Shown: positions 38,420 through 51,737 of the stretch, one piece after another
How the letters are laid out: the number at the start of each line of letters is the position of its first letter
Numbering within the stretch: position 1 is the stretch's first letter
Assembly (NCBI GenBank): GCA_951406725.2
Contig: OX597815.1
Span: 175,646,001-175,710,000, forward strand
Origin: Octopus vulgaris
Taxonomy: Eukaryota
Direction: 5' to 3'
Length of the DNA stretch: 64,000 nt
The notes under the pieces: model-generated
What the model was told of the DNA's origin: nothing
The model's database searches: none
What the model saw: the letters and a program-made list of their open reading frames with translations, nothing else
Translations under genes and position numbers: made by a program

Positions 38420-38724
38420 GCTGGTGGCACGTGAAACATTCGAGTGAGGTCGTCGCCAGTGCCGCTGGACTGGCTCCTGTGCAGGTGGCACGTAAAAAGC
38501 ACCAATCGGGCGTGGCCGTTGCCAGTACCACCAAACTGGCCCTCGTGCCGGTGGCACGTAAAAGCACCCACTAAACTCTCGGAGTGGTTGGCGTTAGGAA
38601 GGGCATCCAGCTGTAGAAACTCTGCCAGATCAGATTGGAGTCTGGTTCGCCAGACTTCAGTCAAATCGTCCAACCCATGCTAGCATGGAAAGCGGACGTT
38701 AAATGATGATGATGATGATGATGA

Positions 38725-38727
<3 letters not shown>
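38420..38727 (+). mobile_element. SINE-like family D 3' part (Meta-domain-like) with (GAT)n tail
   Basis: GGTTGGCGTTAGGAAGGGCATCCAGCTGTAGAAAC core; ...GCGGACGTTAAATGATGATGAT tail. Confidence 0.7.
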
Positions 38728-38783
<56 letters not shown>

Positions 38784-40422
38784 TATTCTTCTTTATTTAT
38801 ATTCATCCCTCCACCAACTTGCCCCTGCTTCTAATACTATTTTGACCTTAATCTTACTTTTAAGAATTCCCTTTTATCCACTCTTTTACTTTCAACCTTC
38901 ACTCTATTGCTATGGGGCTATATTCTTCTATTGTTTTCGACCGCTGAAATTTCTTCCACCCGATGATATGGTAGTTAAAATTTGTATTACTTCTTCTCAA
39001 TTTGTGAACACCATTTTACTTCATATGTATAACCTCAAAATTAAGTGCACACGAGTACGCTTAATGATCACCGAACCTCAGAAACAGCAGTAAAGTATTG
39101 TAGGCATTCTCCCCCCACCCCTCTCTCTCTCTCTCGTCTCTGATGTTTGAACATGAAATCTCTGAATATCTTCTTATGAACAACCACAGATTTGTTTTCC
39201 TGCATTTTTTTGTGCTTCATTATATTTATATTGACATCTGTATAACAAATTTATAGAGGCCATGAAAATATTAACAATCACCTGTCCATCTGTGTAGCAT
39301 TTCACCACAACACACATGCCCCCCTCTCTGTCTCTCTCTCTCTCTATATATATATATACACATATCGTCCTCTCTCTCTCTCTCTCTCTCTCCACACACA
39401 CACACATGCTGAAATTGCAATGACCACATGAAACACGTAGATGCCGTGATACTCACTTTTGGTGTTTTATACTAAATTGTATCAAAAGTTTTTCCTAGAT
39501 CTACAGCCTCGGGACTGATACAATTCGCTGCATTTCTCCCTCCCTCCCTCTCTCTCTCTCTTACACGCACACAGACACACTTACACAAACATATGCACAC
39601 ATGAACACACATACGCAGGGAGGGAGAAAAATAAGGTAAGACAGACAGATAGATAGATAGCTAGATAGATAGATAGATAGAGTGAGAGAGAAAACGAAAG
39701 AGGGGTATTTTCATTTATGGTGCATTATAATCGCTCTGCACAGAAAAATAGTCATGTGTTGATTTTTGAGGGATGAATGAATTATGGAACAATATAGTTA
39801 ATCCTTTTGTCACTTTAGCAGCAAATCCTTTCAGGCTTTTGTCGTGCAAACACCGTGAGAAACGGCTAGTGGAAGGAATTTACATATAATCTATTTATGT
39901 CTTTAAATATAATCAATGTATATATGTGTGTGTGTGTGTATATTTATGCATCTGTCTGTCTAATCTATTTCTCTAAATACTTATGCGATGTGTACTCGTA
40001 CGCGCATGTGTATATACATACATACATCACGCACGCGCGCGCACACACATTCTTTTAGTCGCTTCAGCATCGTCTCCAGATGGTTATAGAACATTCTATC
40101 CACGGCCTTATATTTTCGAACAAGGGAATCTAGCACCCCCACTCAGCTTAAAACAATATCTGTGTATCGCGATTTCTGGGTTATTTCCCTTCACCAGCAG
40201 AGAATAACTGTTCGGCTAGAGAGGGCGCTGCTAAATTCTTGTTCGAAATATATAATTTTCAAAGTGACAGTCACTGATCTAATACAATAGAAAATTTCTA
40301 TTTGTAAATCTTTCAACGAGAGACATTCAGTAACAGTATCTAGAGTAAAGATTATTTGCCAACATAACATGGCAGTCCCAGTTTAGGACGAGTGGTACTG
40401 TTATTTAGCTTCACGAAACATC

Positions 40423-40485
40423 TCCAAATCGGATGTGGTCCAAATCGGATGTGGTCCAAATCGGATGTGGTCCAAATCGGATGTG
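40423..40485 (+). repeat. 16-bp tandem repeat TCCAAATCGGATGTGG, four copies
   Basis: Three perfect units plus a 15/16 unit, with no spacers. Confidence 0.95.
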
Positions 40486-40605
40486 CAATCTGTGTGGGTG
40501 TCTTTTCAGAACATTGTCTGGTTTAAAAAGCCACTTTATATGCCATAATGGTGTTGGTAGAGGAGGTGGTCAAACTCTGCATAAGGAGTCGACTACCACC
40601 ACCAT
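40484..40605 (+). mobile_element. RTE-like LINE extreme 3' end (C2H2 finger and tail)
   Basis: CNLCGCLFRTLSGLKSHFICH followed by a short UTR ending (ACC)n. Confidence 0.55.
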
Positions 40606-40644
40606 ATACATACATACATATATATATAGTGCCGGATACGTGCG

Positions 40645-41020
40645 TTCTAGTATGGTTTCAGCTTGACCAAACTCTTTTGAGTGGACTTGATAGACGGAAA
40701 CTGAAAGAAGTCCGTTGAATCTATATAAGTATCATCCTCATTATCACACACACACACACACACATATACACACATATATATATATATATGCTTATATGTG
40801 TGTGCGTATTTGTATGTGTGTTTCCTCCCCGTGCTGCTTGAAAAACAGTGTTGGTTTGTTTACGTCCCCGTAACCTAGCGGCTCGACAAGAATCTGACAA
40901 AATAGTGTCAATCTTTAAGAACTAAGTACTGTAGTCGAGTCATTCGACTAAAAAATACCCCTTCAAAGTAATGCCACAGCTTGGCTGCTGTTCAATAAAG
41001 GTAACTAGTAAAAGATAAAA
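40645..41020 (+). mobile_element. SINE family B, diverged
   Basis: GAGTGGACTTGATAGACGGAAACTGAAAGAAG; TTTACGTCCCCGTAAC; degenerate tail. Confidence 0.75.
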
Positions 41021-41539
41021 GCCACGTGTGGATATTCCCCCATTTGTCTAGCACTGTGGATATAGAGTCAGAGATAGAAATACAGTGTAAAAGAGAGGCT
41101 GAGAGTTGGTTAAATTATTAGTTATATTGGTAACTATGGACATACGTATATATTAATACACCCCCTTTCACAAACTTAAGACACATTTAAATGCACATAT
41201 GCTGGATCATGTAAGTCTATCCATATTTATGTATTTACTTGTAAGTGTAACGGTGTGTGTACATGCAGCGAGTCATATGTCTGTCCATAGAAACAAAAAT
41301 GCCCACACATTTGCATATGTGTATACACGCGTTAATGTGCGTGTGTGTGTGTGTGTTTGCATCTATCCCAATGCACTAAGCTCCCACCACGACCTCCACC
41401 TCCATTACAGCCGTCATTGCTTGTCAATATAATTTTTTTCGTTTATGTGTATCTATAAACAGCTGCCCATACGCAAAATGACGAGTGCACTGATGTATAT
41501 ATATATATATATATAAATATGTGTGTGTGTGTATTGACT

Positions 41540-41715
41540 TCAATTTTGGCACAAGGTCAGCAGTTTCAGGCAAGTGGGTAAGTCGATTACATCGCCCCCT
41601 GTCTACAATTTCATTGACCGACTCTGAATGGACGAAATCTGATGATGGTGGAATTTGAATTCAAAACATAAAGATGCACGAAAGAAGCATCTCAGGCGGC
41701 GCGCTAATGATTCGA
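41540..41715 (-). mobile_element. SINE family A, diverged (alternative tail)
   Basis: AATTTTGGCACAAGG...GTCGATTACATCG...GGAATTTGAATTCA. Confidence 0.65.
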
Positions 41716-42544
41716 CCAAGCTTTTCTCGCCTTGCATTGACATGTCTATTAATATTCATGCTTCTATTATAGAAAGACTCTACCGGGAAACACTGTGAAT
41801 TCAAGGAATATCGTTGCTGTTTGCTATAATGTATGACAGAATTGGGATTAGTTAACCTTTTTTTTTGCAATGTTCTTCTTTCGTTGTTGAGAAAGTGACG
41901 TGTGTCGATGAGAAACAAAATCATAGTGCAATAACGACAAATCAAATGAAATTATGTCCTAAGCTAAAACAAACAAATAAAGTGATGCATTAATAACTAT
42001 TTTCTATTTGCATACAATGAATTTCCTTTCAATTATGATAAATCTTACGGAATAAAATCAATGGTAGGCGAACGGCTTTCTCCCCAAAGCTTCTGTTCAA
42101 AACATAGAAAAAAACTGCAAACACAAGAAAAATCTTAAAGGATAATTTAGGATAATAAAGTACTCGACTGATAAGTAGGTGAAGCTAAATCGAGTGCTTG
42201 TCTGTGCGGATTTTAGAAGATGATGGTTTTCTAACGTCTTTTTGAGTACTTCTCAGACATCTCGTGAATTTTTGCTAAAAATCACAGCCTAGATACAAAT
42301 GTAGAAAGAAGAGTGTTTAGAATGAAAAACTGGAGAAGATAAAACAATATTCATCTGAAATCTAAGAATTCGCAGAAAATAACTAAAATTGCTGACCTCC
42401 TCAAAGCCAGTTAAAACCAAAGAGAGAACGAAAAAAGGATAATTGCTGATCGTTATTGTTTAGAAAGGCAGTTGTTGAGTCAAATGAAGAAGCATTTTCA
42501 TTAAAATATTAATCCTCTGTTCCTGAAAAGTTGATGTATGTTCA

Positions 42545-42587
<43 letters not shown>

Positions 42588-42975
42588 GTGTGTGTGCGTA
42601 TAAAACGGATGGGAAGAGGAAGAAAACGTGTCTGGATTAACAGTTTCACATGTTGAATCGACCGGAAGTTAGGAAGCGGTTGCCGACGAGGGTGGCAAGG
42701 GAAACAACAGTGGCCTACTTTTCTATTTTCCCTCAGCGTCAAACTAATACACCTGGTTTGTTTTTCCCTCATCCGTCTCTCTCTTGTTTTTTGTATACTT
42801 TTGAGTCGTAGACTGGGCAAATCTGCAGTGAAATGATATAATTCATTGGCTAAACGTGCTGCCCAGTCCAGAAATTGAGTTAAGTGCCGTATGGACGTGA
42901 GCCAAACACAAACCATTGTGCCATGCGCCAATACGTGTGTGCATGCGAATATCTATGTATTCGTGAATATGTATG

Positions 42976-43340
42976 GGCGCCGGCGTGGCTGTGTGGTAAG
43001 AAGCTTGCTTCCCGATCCCATAGTTCCAGATTCAGTCCCACTGCATGGCACTTTGGACAAGTGTCTTCTACTATAGCCTCGGGCCGACCAAAGCCCTGCG
43101 AGTGGATTTGGTAGACAGAAGCAGAAACTCCTCGTATATATAAATATATGTTTGTCTTTCTGTGTTTGTCCCCCCATCATCGCTTGACAACTGATGTTGG
43201 TGTGTTTAGGTACCCGTAACTTAGCTGTTCATCAAAATAGACCAATAGAATAAGTACTAAGCTTACAAAGAATAAGTCCTGGGGTCGATTTCTTCGACTA
43301 GAGGCAGTGTTTGAGCATGACTGCAGAAAAGGAATAAAAG
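42976..43340 (+). mobile_element. SINE family B, near full-length
   Basis: Collinear with 36139-36558. Confidence 0.9.
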
Positions 43341-43459
43341 AATGTGTGTGTGTGTGTGTATGCATGTACGTATGTATGTAATCACGTGATAGACCAGACT
43401 CTCGAATGTTGTTATACATCGCTTTCAAAAATGCGTTTTGCACCGTTTTAAAACTTTCG

Positions 43460-43655
43460 AGTAATGCCACCCCGCTGACTTGGCGAGTTGGTCAACAATC
43501 TTTCTGATCGGAAGAAGGCTATTCTGTGGCAGGGTGACGCGTTTAGCTGAGTGGACTGGAGCAACATGAAGTGTTCTGCTTAAGAACACAATGTGCCGCT
43601 CAGTCCAGGAATAGAACCCACGATCTTGAGTACAACACCCTAACCATTATTAGGC
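43460..43655 (-). mobile_element. Diverged tRNA-derived SINE
   Basis: Minus strand: TGGCCTAATAATGG...GGTTCTATTCC (A/B boxes), TGTTGCTCCAGTCCACTCAGCT core. Confidence 0.5.
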
Positions 43656-43734
43656 CATGCATATGCATGTGTATATAAATGCATACATATGTGCGTTCGT
43701 GTGTGTGCGCGTGCCTATATATTTATATACATAC

Positions 43735-45310
43735 ATCCTCATTAAGAAATCTAACAACGTAATAGAAACAGATATATACTGTAAGCCTACGGACTCCAAG
43801 CAATATCTATCGTTCAACTCATGTCACCCTGGACATACCAGAATGAATATCCCCCTCAACCTAGCAAAAAGGATATGTACTATAGTTTCTAATACAAACA
43901 CCAGAGACACATGACTACATGAACTAAAGGATACACTCATCACCAGGAACTACCCACCTTCACTAATTGACATATGCTTTCAACGTTGCCTTCAACTCAA
44001 CATCCAGGATCTCAGACATCCCAAATTAAAGAAGGATTTACAACCAAAAGCCCTACCATACATCTCCACACACAACCCTCTCAACAATGAAGCCTTCGAC
44101 ACATTCTCCTGCTAAAAAAGGACCACAGAATGAACTTAATCCTCGAAACACACACCATCATAAAAAGCGAGAGACAACCCAAATCTATGAAAAGTCTCCT
44201 AACACAAGCCCGAATATGCTCAACAACAACACAGAAGCTGTCAGTAAAAAAATGTGGAAGACCCAACTGTGGGATATGCGTCAGTTTAATGGAGGGATCA
44301 GAGTTCTCCTTCAAACAGGGACAACGTTTCTCAATGAAAAGCAACTTCAGATGTGCTTCGGAGAACCTGATATACACACTAACCTGCTCTGGGTATCAAG
44401 AGCAATACATAGGCTAAACAAAACCAGTCTACGCAAAAGAATGGCTCTGCACAGATTCCAGATCAAAATTCCTCAAAACAGAAAAATAGCATTCAACCAA
44501 CACATAGACATTTGCGCCAATAACAAAAATGCAAGCTTCAGAATTTTCCCCCCTCTACCAATTCAGGGACGATACAACCTGTAGCCAACGAATTAGTAAA
44601 GAGACTTTCTTTATTACAAAATACAGATCCCTTTTGAACGCGTCTACAACAAACGATATATCCACCATGGCCGTAGAATAACACAAACACGCAAATATTA
44701 AAAATGATACACTCAAGAGGTTCCCAAGAATTCATTAAAAATAGTCCCAATCACTGCTTCAATCCATAACGAGCTAATTTTAAGTCACTTGACCATTTAA
44801 CACCTTACTACTATCATACTACCTACATTCCTTCTTATTCACCCTTCTCTTTCTTCGTCTTCTTCCTCTCCGCCACCTCATTCCTACCTTTACCACTATT
44901 GGTGTTTCGAATAACACCTTCGCACATTTTATAAATAAAACATTCAAAAGAGATGTTTCAGGAATTCAATCACATCTACCATCCACAACGGGTCACTTTC
45001 AGGGCACTCGACCATTTAACATACTACTATCATGGCACTCCCGCATTCTCCTCCTCCTCCTTTTTCCCTACCAAGAATTCACAACGACCTCGAATCCACA
45101 AGAGTAAACAAGAGAGACAGAGACAGGCAGAAACAAGGAAAATGCCTCTTGTATTTGAATATTATGCAAATATTCTTCTAAAAAACTTTTCCTTTAATTT
45201 TTCCAAAATTTAATTGTTTTCCATATTTACAGTTGAAATAGTTTCAATGAGTGAAACCGGTTCTGAAATTTTTTTCATGAAATTATTTTAGCATTTTCTA
45301 CCTTATGTCA
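43735..45310 (+). mobile_element. Penelope-like element (Neptune-type): RT thumb, Cys-rich linker, GIY-YIG, 3' tail
   Basis: TDIYCKPTDSKQYL.F.SCHP; CGRPNCGIC; NLIYTLTC...QYIG*T..SLRKRMALH; coding part about 43735-44640. Confidence 0.9.
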
Positions 45311-45489
45311 ATGGATATGATATATATATATATGTATATATGTGTATATGTATATATATGATATATGATATAAATATGGTATATATATCATGATATATAT
45401 CATATACATATATATATCATATATACTTACATACATACATTGTACGCACACGCACGCACATACACATTCATATATATTGGCATATCTTT

Positions 45490-45810
45490 TGCACAGCTGC
45501 TTATCGGTACATTGAATAATTTCGTGTTTATTTCGAAGATAGTTAATGCCGACTGCTTTTCGAGAAGCATTAAGCAAACTCTTCCTGTTGCTTAATACCC
45601 AGTTAAATCCTCCGTTGGATAATGCTAAGTCGGATGATGTGAGAGGTACAACAATCAGTTTGGCTTTCTTTTCAAGACTTAGGAGCTCATTTACAGAATA
45701 TCTGTTTCGATGGTGATAATTTTTCTTTACGCTACAATAAGTAGCCAAAAAATCGTTCGCAATTTACTTGGGTGACTTTCACGATAACGTCCTTTGGAAT
45801 GCTTTATGAA
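45490..45810 (+). mobile_element. Possible Gypsy RNase H / integrase junction remnant
   Basis: IVNADCFSR resembles N..ADALSR; downstream FFSRLRSSFTEYLFRW is weakly similar to the pre-integrase segment. Confidence 0.3.
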
Positions 45811-46055
45811 TATTTCTTATAAATATTTCTTTATATACATTCGCATACAGCAGATACACATGGACATGGACGTAGCCAAGCCAGTGCGTGCGTGCACACA
45901 CTGACACATCAACACACACCATCCACATGAAAATACGTATATACCTATCAACATACACGATATACAAAATTTTGAATAAAAAGCTGGAGACTGTTCACAA
46001 TGGTGACTACTACTACTGCCACGACCACCACCACCGCCATAAATCCTTTTAATTA

Positions 46056-47272
46056 TTGGATTGAGGAATAATTCATGAGCGTTTTTTTTTTCAAATTTAA
46101 AAATGCACGGCAGAAATAAAACGCATTGACAAAATGTTTTGTTTTTTAAAAGAGAATTTTTTGCTCTATTAGATAGTGTGTTTTGATTTTTTAATTTTAT
46201 CAATTTTTGTGTATTTTCAGATCATTAAAATAGAATGTCAAGTGGACAAAACTGACACCATTTGCTTTTTGCATTTCATCGAGGGGTTAAGGCTGCCTAT
46301 GAGATTTGTGCTGTGTATAGAGAAGAAGCAAAGCCTCAAAGTACTGCCTGCCGGTGGTTTTCGTGCTTCAAAAATAGGAATCTTGACTTCAAGGACGGTT
46401 CACCTACCGGTCAGCCAACTGAGTTCGATGAAGAGCAATTGAATCAATTTCTTCACAAAATTCCACGTCAAATGAGCAGAGAATTGGCGGAGCAGATAGA
46501 TTGTGATTAAAAAAAGCTGTGGCAAACCACATTCACTTGGTGCTTGGGTGCCACACACTTTGAGCGAAAACAGCAAAAACCAACGCGCCACAATCGCCGC
46601 CAGTTTGCTCGCTCGACATCGCCCAACACGTGGTCACAGTGCTTTCTTTCTCACATTGTCACTGGCGATGAAAAATGGTGCATTTACGTCAATATGAAGC
46701 AGCGAAAAGAATGGGTCAGATCCAACAAAGAAACAACTCCACGAGCAAAACAAGAACTTATTGAATGTATGGTGGGATTGAGAAAACATAATTCATTATG
46801 AACTGCTTGAGCGCAACTGAATACTCAATACGGAACTCAATAAGTTCAACAACTGCACCGACTCAACGAAGCAATTCAGCCAAAAACATCGAATAGGCGA
46901 AATGACGTTCTTCGGCAAGACTGCAACTCCCGTCCTTATATCGTCAATAGGACCAAAGCTGAGATTCAAGAACTCGAATGGCAGGTGTTGCCTCATCCTC
47001 CATACTCTTCAGACTTGACACCGTCAGATTGTCATCTCTTTCGACTGCATTGTTCGGTGTAGCGTTCAATAAGGACGTGGAATTGAAAGCTTGGCTGGAA
47101 GAATTTTGAGTCAAGAGCGGGAGATTTCTATCGGCGAGGCATCGAAAAACTTATTGAACGATGGATGGAAGTCATAAATACCAACGGAGAGTATATTACT
47201 GGTACACTTGTAGTTTTTTTTTTGTTTAAAATAAATTTGAAAAGAACGTTCTTGAATTATTCCTCAACCCAA
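46056..47272 (+). mobile_element. Full-length mariner transposon with disrupted transposase
   Basis: TIRs TTGGATTGAGGAATAATTCATGAGCGTT / AACGTTCTTGAATTATTCCTCAACCCAA with flanking TA; WVPHTL, VTGDEKW, HPPYSSDLTPSDCHLF. Confidence 0.93.
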
Positions 47273-47284
47273 TACAATCACGCT

Positions 47285-47640
47285 TTTATCTTTTTCTGCG
47301 GCCATGCTGGGGCATAACCTCTGTACTTACTTTATTTAAAGCCTGATACTTATTCTATCGGCTTCTTTTACCGAACCGCTAAGTTACGGAAACGTAAACA
47401 CCAACACCCAGTTATCAAGCGGTTGTGGGAAATAAACTCAAAGACACACGCACGTGCACGCAAACACACACACACCTACACACACATATGACAGACTTCG
47501 GCTTCCGTCTACCAAATCGACTCATAAGGCTCAAGTCTGCCCGAAGCTATAGTCAAAGACACTTTTCCAAGGTGCCACCCAGTGGGAGTGAAACCGAAAC
47601 CCTGTGGTTGGGAGGTAAGCTTCTTACCACACAGCCACGC
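47285..47640 (-). mobile_element. SINE family B
   Basis: Reverse complement collinear with 42976-43340. Confidence 0.85.
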
Positions 47641-48435
47641 CAGAACCTATGGCGAGATATTTTGAAAAAAGAAAATACTTTCATAAAAAAAGTGACTTGT
47701 AGATTACGGAAACCAGGCAAAAGGATGATTAGATGGAAAGTAAACATTCGGAATGGCAAGAATCTCATCAGTTTTAACGACACTGGCATTCTTGGAGGCT
47801 TTTATGCGATGGTACTTCAGTACAAATCACAGGCATCGGACGCCGAGAAACTCAAAATATAGAAAAAGAAACAAAAAAAAAAAAAAAAAAAAAGGAACGA
47901 ATGAATTTATTCGAGTTGAAAGCCAGAACTTAGTTTTAATTCATTGCTTTGTGTGAAAGCCGTTATACGAGAAGAAGTTTCTTGTAATATTGCAATAAAC
48001 GTATTTTTATGGCTTTCTTAAACAATGAATTATCTGTTAATGAACGTTAACACGACTGCACCATGTGTCAAATTTGGAATTTGCAGAATTATTGCCAATT
48101 AGTGATGTAGATCGGAAATACATTGGCTTGGCTTTCATCAGTGAACAAGCAAATAGCAAAACAGAGAGAATAATAAAGAGATGAGGTTTAAAGTAAAACG
48201 ACAGCATTGAAAGAGATAAACCGAAGTATAAAAAAAAATAGCCTTTTGTGTAGATGCATAAACGGATAAAATATTACACACACACACACACACGAACGTA
48301 TGCACACAATGTATACATACATTATACATATATATACATACATTATACATATACATTATATATATACATGCATACATTATAAATATATACATACATACAT
48401 TATATATATATATATACATACATACATATATATAT

Positions 48436-48496
<61 letters not shown>

Positions 48497-49324
48497 ATGA
48501 AAGTGTGTGTATATATTAGCCTGGAAGCAGATGTGAATCCTAAAAAGTGTAGTACTTAGAATGTTGTCTGTGTGCATAAGACTAATAGCTTGGAAGATAG
48601 AGAGGGGAATATAGGAATCACATATGGAGTAGGTGAAGCGGATACCATTAACAGAAGTAGTAGAACTATTAAATGTGATTGTTCAAAGGAACAGGGTCTG
48701 TCCGCTTAACTCTAATTGTAGGTATAAACATATAGTATACAGATGTAAGGTTACCTCAGAAAATAGGGAGTACTTCTATATAGGAGTTAGCTCATGTTAG
48801 CAGAGAAGTACCAGTCATTTAAGTTCGTTTAGAAATAGGAATAAAATGAATAATACTAGTCTCAGTAAGCTAATTAGGGCACTAAAAGATAGTAACAAAA
48901 TATTTTCGGTTGCTTGGGGAATAATTAGTAAGGCAAACCGTATAGAATAGGTGATAATAGATGTGACCCTTGTGTGGAAGAAATTTTCACTTCAGGGAAG
49001 GAAAGAAAGATGGTTTAACGTTTCGAGCAGACGCTCTTCTTCGGAAACAGAGGAAAGTCCAATAGAAAAGAAGACGGAGAAAGAAAATCGCCAACGATTC
49101 ACATGTGGTTACATTTTGAAATGACTGGAAGGGAATGGGTGAAGAAAAAGTTCTTTCTGAGACAGGAGAGTGTAAGAGAAGAAGGTATGTGTGGGAAGGA
49201 GTGTGTGTGCAATAGCATATGTGTGTACGTATGTGTGTGTATGTGGTGTGTGTGTGGTTTTGGCTGTTTGTGTGTGTAAGTAAACTTTGTGTCTCAATGT
49301 TGTAGGAAGAATTCAGCAGAATTT

Positions 49325-49548
49325 TTTTCTTTACTACCCACAAGGGGCTAAACACAGAGGGGACAAATAAGGACAGACAAAGGGATTAAGTCGATTATAT
49401 CGACCCCAGTGCGTAACTGGTACTTAATTTATCAACCCCGAAAGGATGAAAGGCAAAGTCGACCTCGGCGGAATTTGAACTCGGAACGTAATGACAGACG
49501 AAATACGGATACGCATTTCGCCCGGCGTGCTAACGTTTCTGCCAGCTC
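49325..49548 (-). mobile_element. SINE family A, near full-length
   Basis: Close reverse-complement match to 30834-31062. Confidence 0.92.
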
Positions 49549-49609
49549 GAATGGTGACAGGAGTGGTGGTCCTTTGTGTAATTGTGTTTCTCTTCACGCG
49601 TGCGTAGAA

Positions 49610-50616
49610 CGGTGTTTGACTGGCAGTTTGAAGTATGTGTGGGTAGTGTGTGCATGCGTCTGTGTGTGTATATGTATGTGTGGGGTTGTGTGGAGTATAT
49701 GTGCGTTCCTATGTGTGTACGTGTACATGCCCATGTGTGTGTGTGAGGTATGTGTGCACGTGTGTGCGTGTGATTGTATGTGTAAGTGTGCGCGTGTGTA
49801 TATGTGCATGAACGTGTAGTTGTACGTATGTGTATGCAGGTGTATGTGCATCGGGTTGTGAGTGTTAGGTACGTGTGCACGTGTGCGTGTGTGCGCGTGC
49901 GTGTGTATGTGTAGGTTGTATTTTGTGTGTAGTGTGTACGTGTATAAGCGTGAAGTGGTATGTGCGTTCTTGTGTGTGTGTGTGTGTCAGTGTGTGTGCA
50001 TGCGTGCGTGTGTATATATATATGCCCATGTATGTGTAATTGCGTGCGTGTATGTATGAGTGTGTGTTGTGTGTGGGAGGTATGTGTGCCTGTGTGTATG
50101 TGTGTGCGTGTATATGTATGTATGCGTGTGTTTGTATGTGCGTGTGAACGTGGGGTTGTGTGGAGGTATATGCACGTTTTTGTGCGTGTATGCGCGTGTG
50201 TGTGTGTATGTGCGTGTAGTTGTGTACACGTGTGGGTGTGTGTATGTAGGTGTGTGTATGGGATTGTGTGTTAGGTATGTGTATATTCCTGTGCGTGTGC
50301 ACGTGAGTGTATGTGCGTGTGTGTGTCTGCATGTGTGCGTATGTGTGTGTGTGTGTTCGTGCATGTATGTGCGTTGTGTGCCGTAGGTATATATGAGGTA
50401 TATGTGCATTGATGTGTGTGCGCGTGCGTGGGTTGTGGTATGTGGAGGCATATGTGCGTTCCTGTATGCGCGTGTCTGTGCACTGTATGCGTGTGTATGT
50501 GTGCATGCATGTGTGTGTATGCATGTGCATGTATGTGCGTTCAGGTGCGTGCGCGGATGCGTGTATTTTTGCGCGTGTGTATAGGTACATGTGTATATGT
50601 ACGTGTGCGTGCATAC
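49610..50616. repeat. About 1-kb degenerate (TG/CG/TA)n alternating purine-pyrimidine tract
   Basis: Direct inspection; source of the C/V and H/T-rich ORFs. Confidence 0.95.
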
Positions 50617-51244
50617 AGAAATAAAATATAACAAAATAAGATCGATAAATAAAGAGGAGGAAAGGGGAAAGAGTACAAGATGTGAAAAAAATTACAAAAC
50701 AATTACAAAAAATTAACAGATGCAAGATAAAAATTTAAAAATAAAAATAAAAATAAAAATTGAAGGGATAAAAAAGAAACTAATACAATTATACAAAAAA
50801 TGCAGTTTAAAAGTTAAACAGGCCGACGGAAGGAGAAGGGTAAAAAATCGGAGAAAAGGGTAACAGTGTAAAAATGTAGGTGGGTTTAAGAGAGGATAAA
50901 ATAAGATGAACTAAAATAAAATGAAATAAAAAGTTGCTTTTTTAAAGGAGTTTGTAGAGTCAGTCGTTAAGGCTTGTGTTGAGTCCGAAAGGAATTTGTG
51001 TTTGTAGACTAAAAAAATGTAACGCTGTCGCAGGTGGAGTCCCGGGTGTGTGGATCCGTGGTGGAAGGCGAGGCCAAAGACGGAGATATTAGAGGAGGAG
51101 TGGTTGGCCAAATGGAAATGACGGGCGATCTTAGATGTTCGGTGAATCGGTCGGCCTGGGTGGTAGGGTCGGGGAGAGGCAGTGCAGAGGTGTCTGTGTG
51201 GTGGGGAGAGTATGTATTTATATATATGTATCTATATATCTGTT

Positions 51245-51612
51245 TTATTTGATTCAGTCATTGGACCATGAAGGGGAAATTCTTTGAAGAATTTTAGTCG
51301 AACAAATTGACCTCAGTACTTTTTATTTTAAATAAATCTGGTCCTCATTCTATCGTCTTGTCGAACCGCTAAGTTACCTGGACGCAAACACACCGACACC
51401 GGTTGTCAAGCGATGGTGGACAACACACTCACTCACACACGAAACAGGCTTCTTTCAGTTTCCGTCTACCAAATCCACTAACAAGGCTTTGGTCGGCCTG
51501 ATGCTATAGCAGAAGACACCTGGCCAAGAAGACACTTGGCCATTCAATGAGACTCATGTAGGAACCATGTGGTTAGGAAGCAAACGTCTTTCCAGACAGC
51601 CACAACGGCGCA
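51245..51612 (-). mobile_element. SINE family B
   Basis: TTTCAGTTTCCGTCTACCAAATCCACT...AAGGCTTTGGTCGGCC in reverse orientation. Confidence 0.85.
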
Positions 51613-51696
51613 TAATGCATGTATGTATTCACACACACACAACCCAAATGCTCATACACGTGTGTATTTTTCTATACGTATTTGTATGAGTGCATG

Positions 51697-51737
<41 letters not shown>

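Larger units (their letters stand above)
48985..51200 (-). mobile_element. Penelope-like element 3' region interrupted by a SINE and a long TG tract
   Basis: DRFTEHLRS...NHSSSNISVFGL...RQRYIF (GIY-YIG C-terminus) at about 50950-51160; hammerhead-like pLTR at 49013-49048; that both parts belong to one element is inferred. Confidence 0.6.

Noticed and set aside
40212-40232. CTCF-like motif TAGAGAGGGCGCTG (and an ETS-like ACCGGAAGT at 42661)
   Set aside because: Isolated short motifs are expected by chance; no promoter context
40423-40485. Short direct repeats as a CRISPR array
   Set aside because: No spacers, 16-bp unit, eukaryotic context and no cas genes
40484-40546. C2H2 motif as a member of the octopus zinc-finger expansion
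   Set aside because: Single finger, no TGEKP linker, followed by a retroposon-like tail
46230-47200. SETMAR-like host gene
   Set aside because: Bounded by TIRs and TA TSD, frameshifted, and no SET domain
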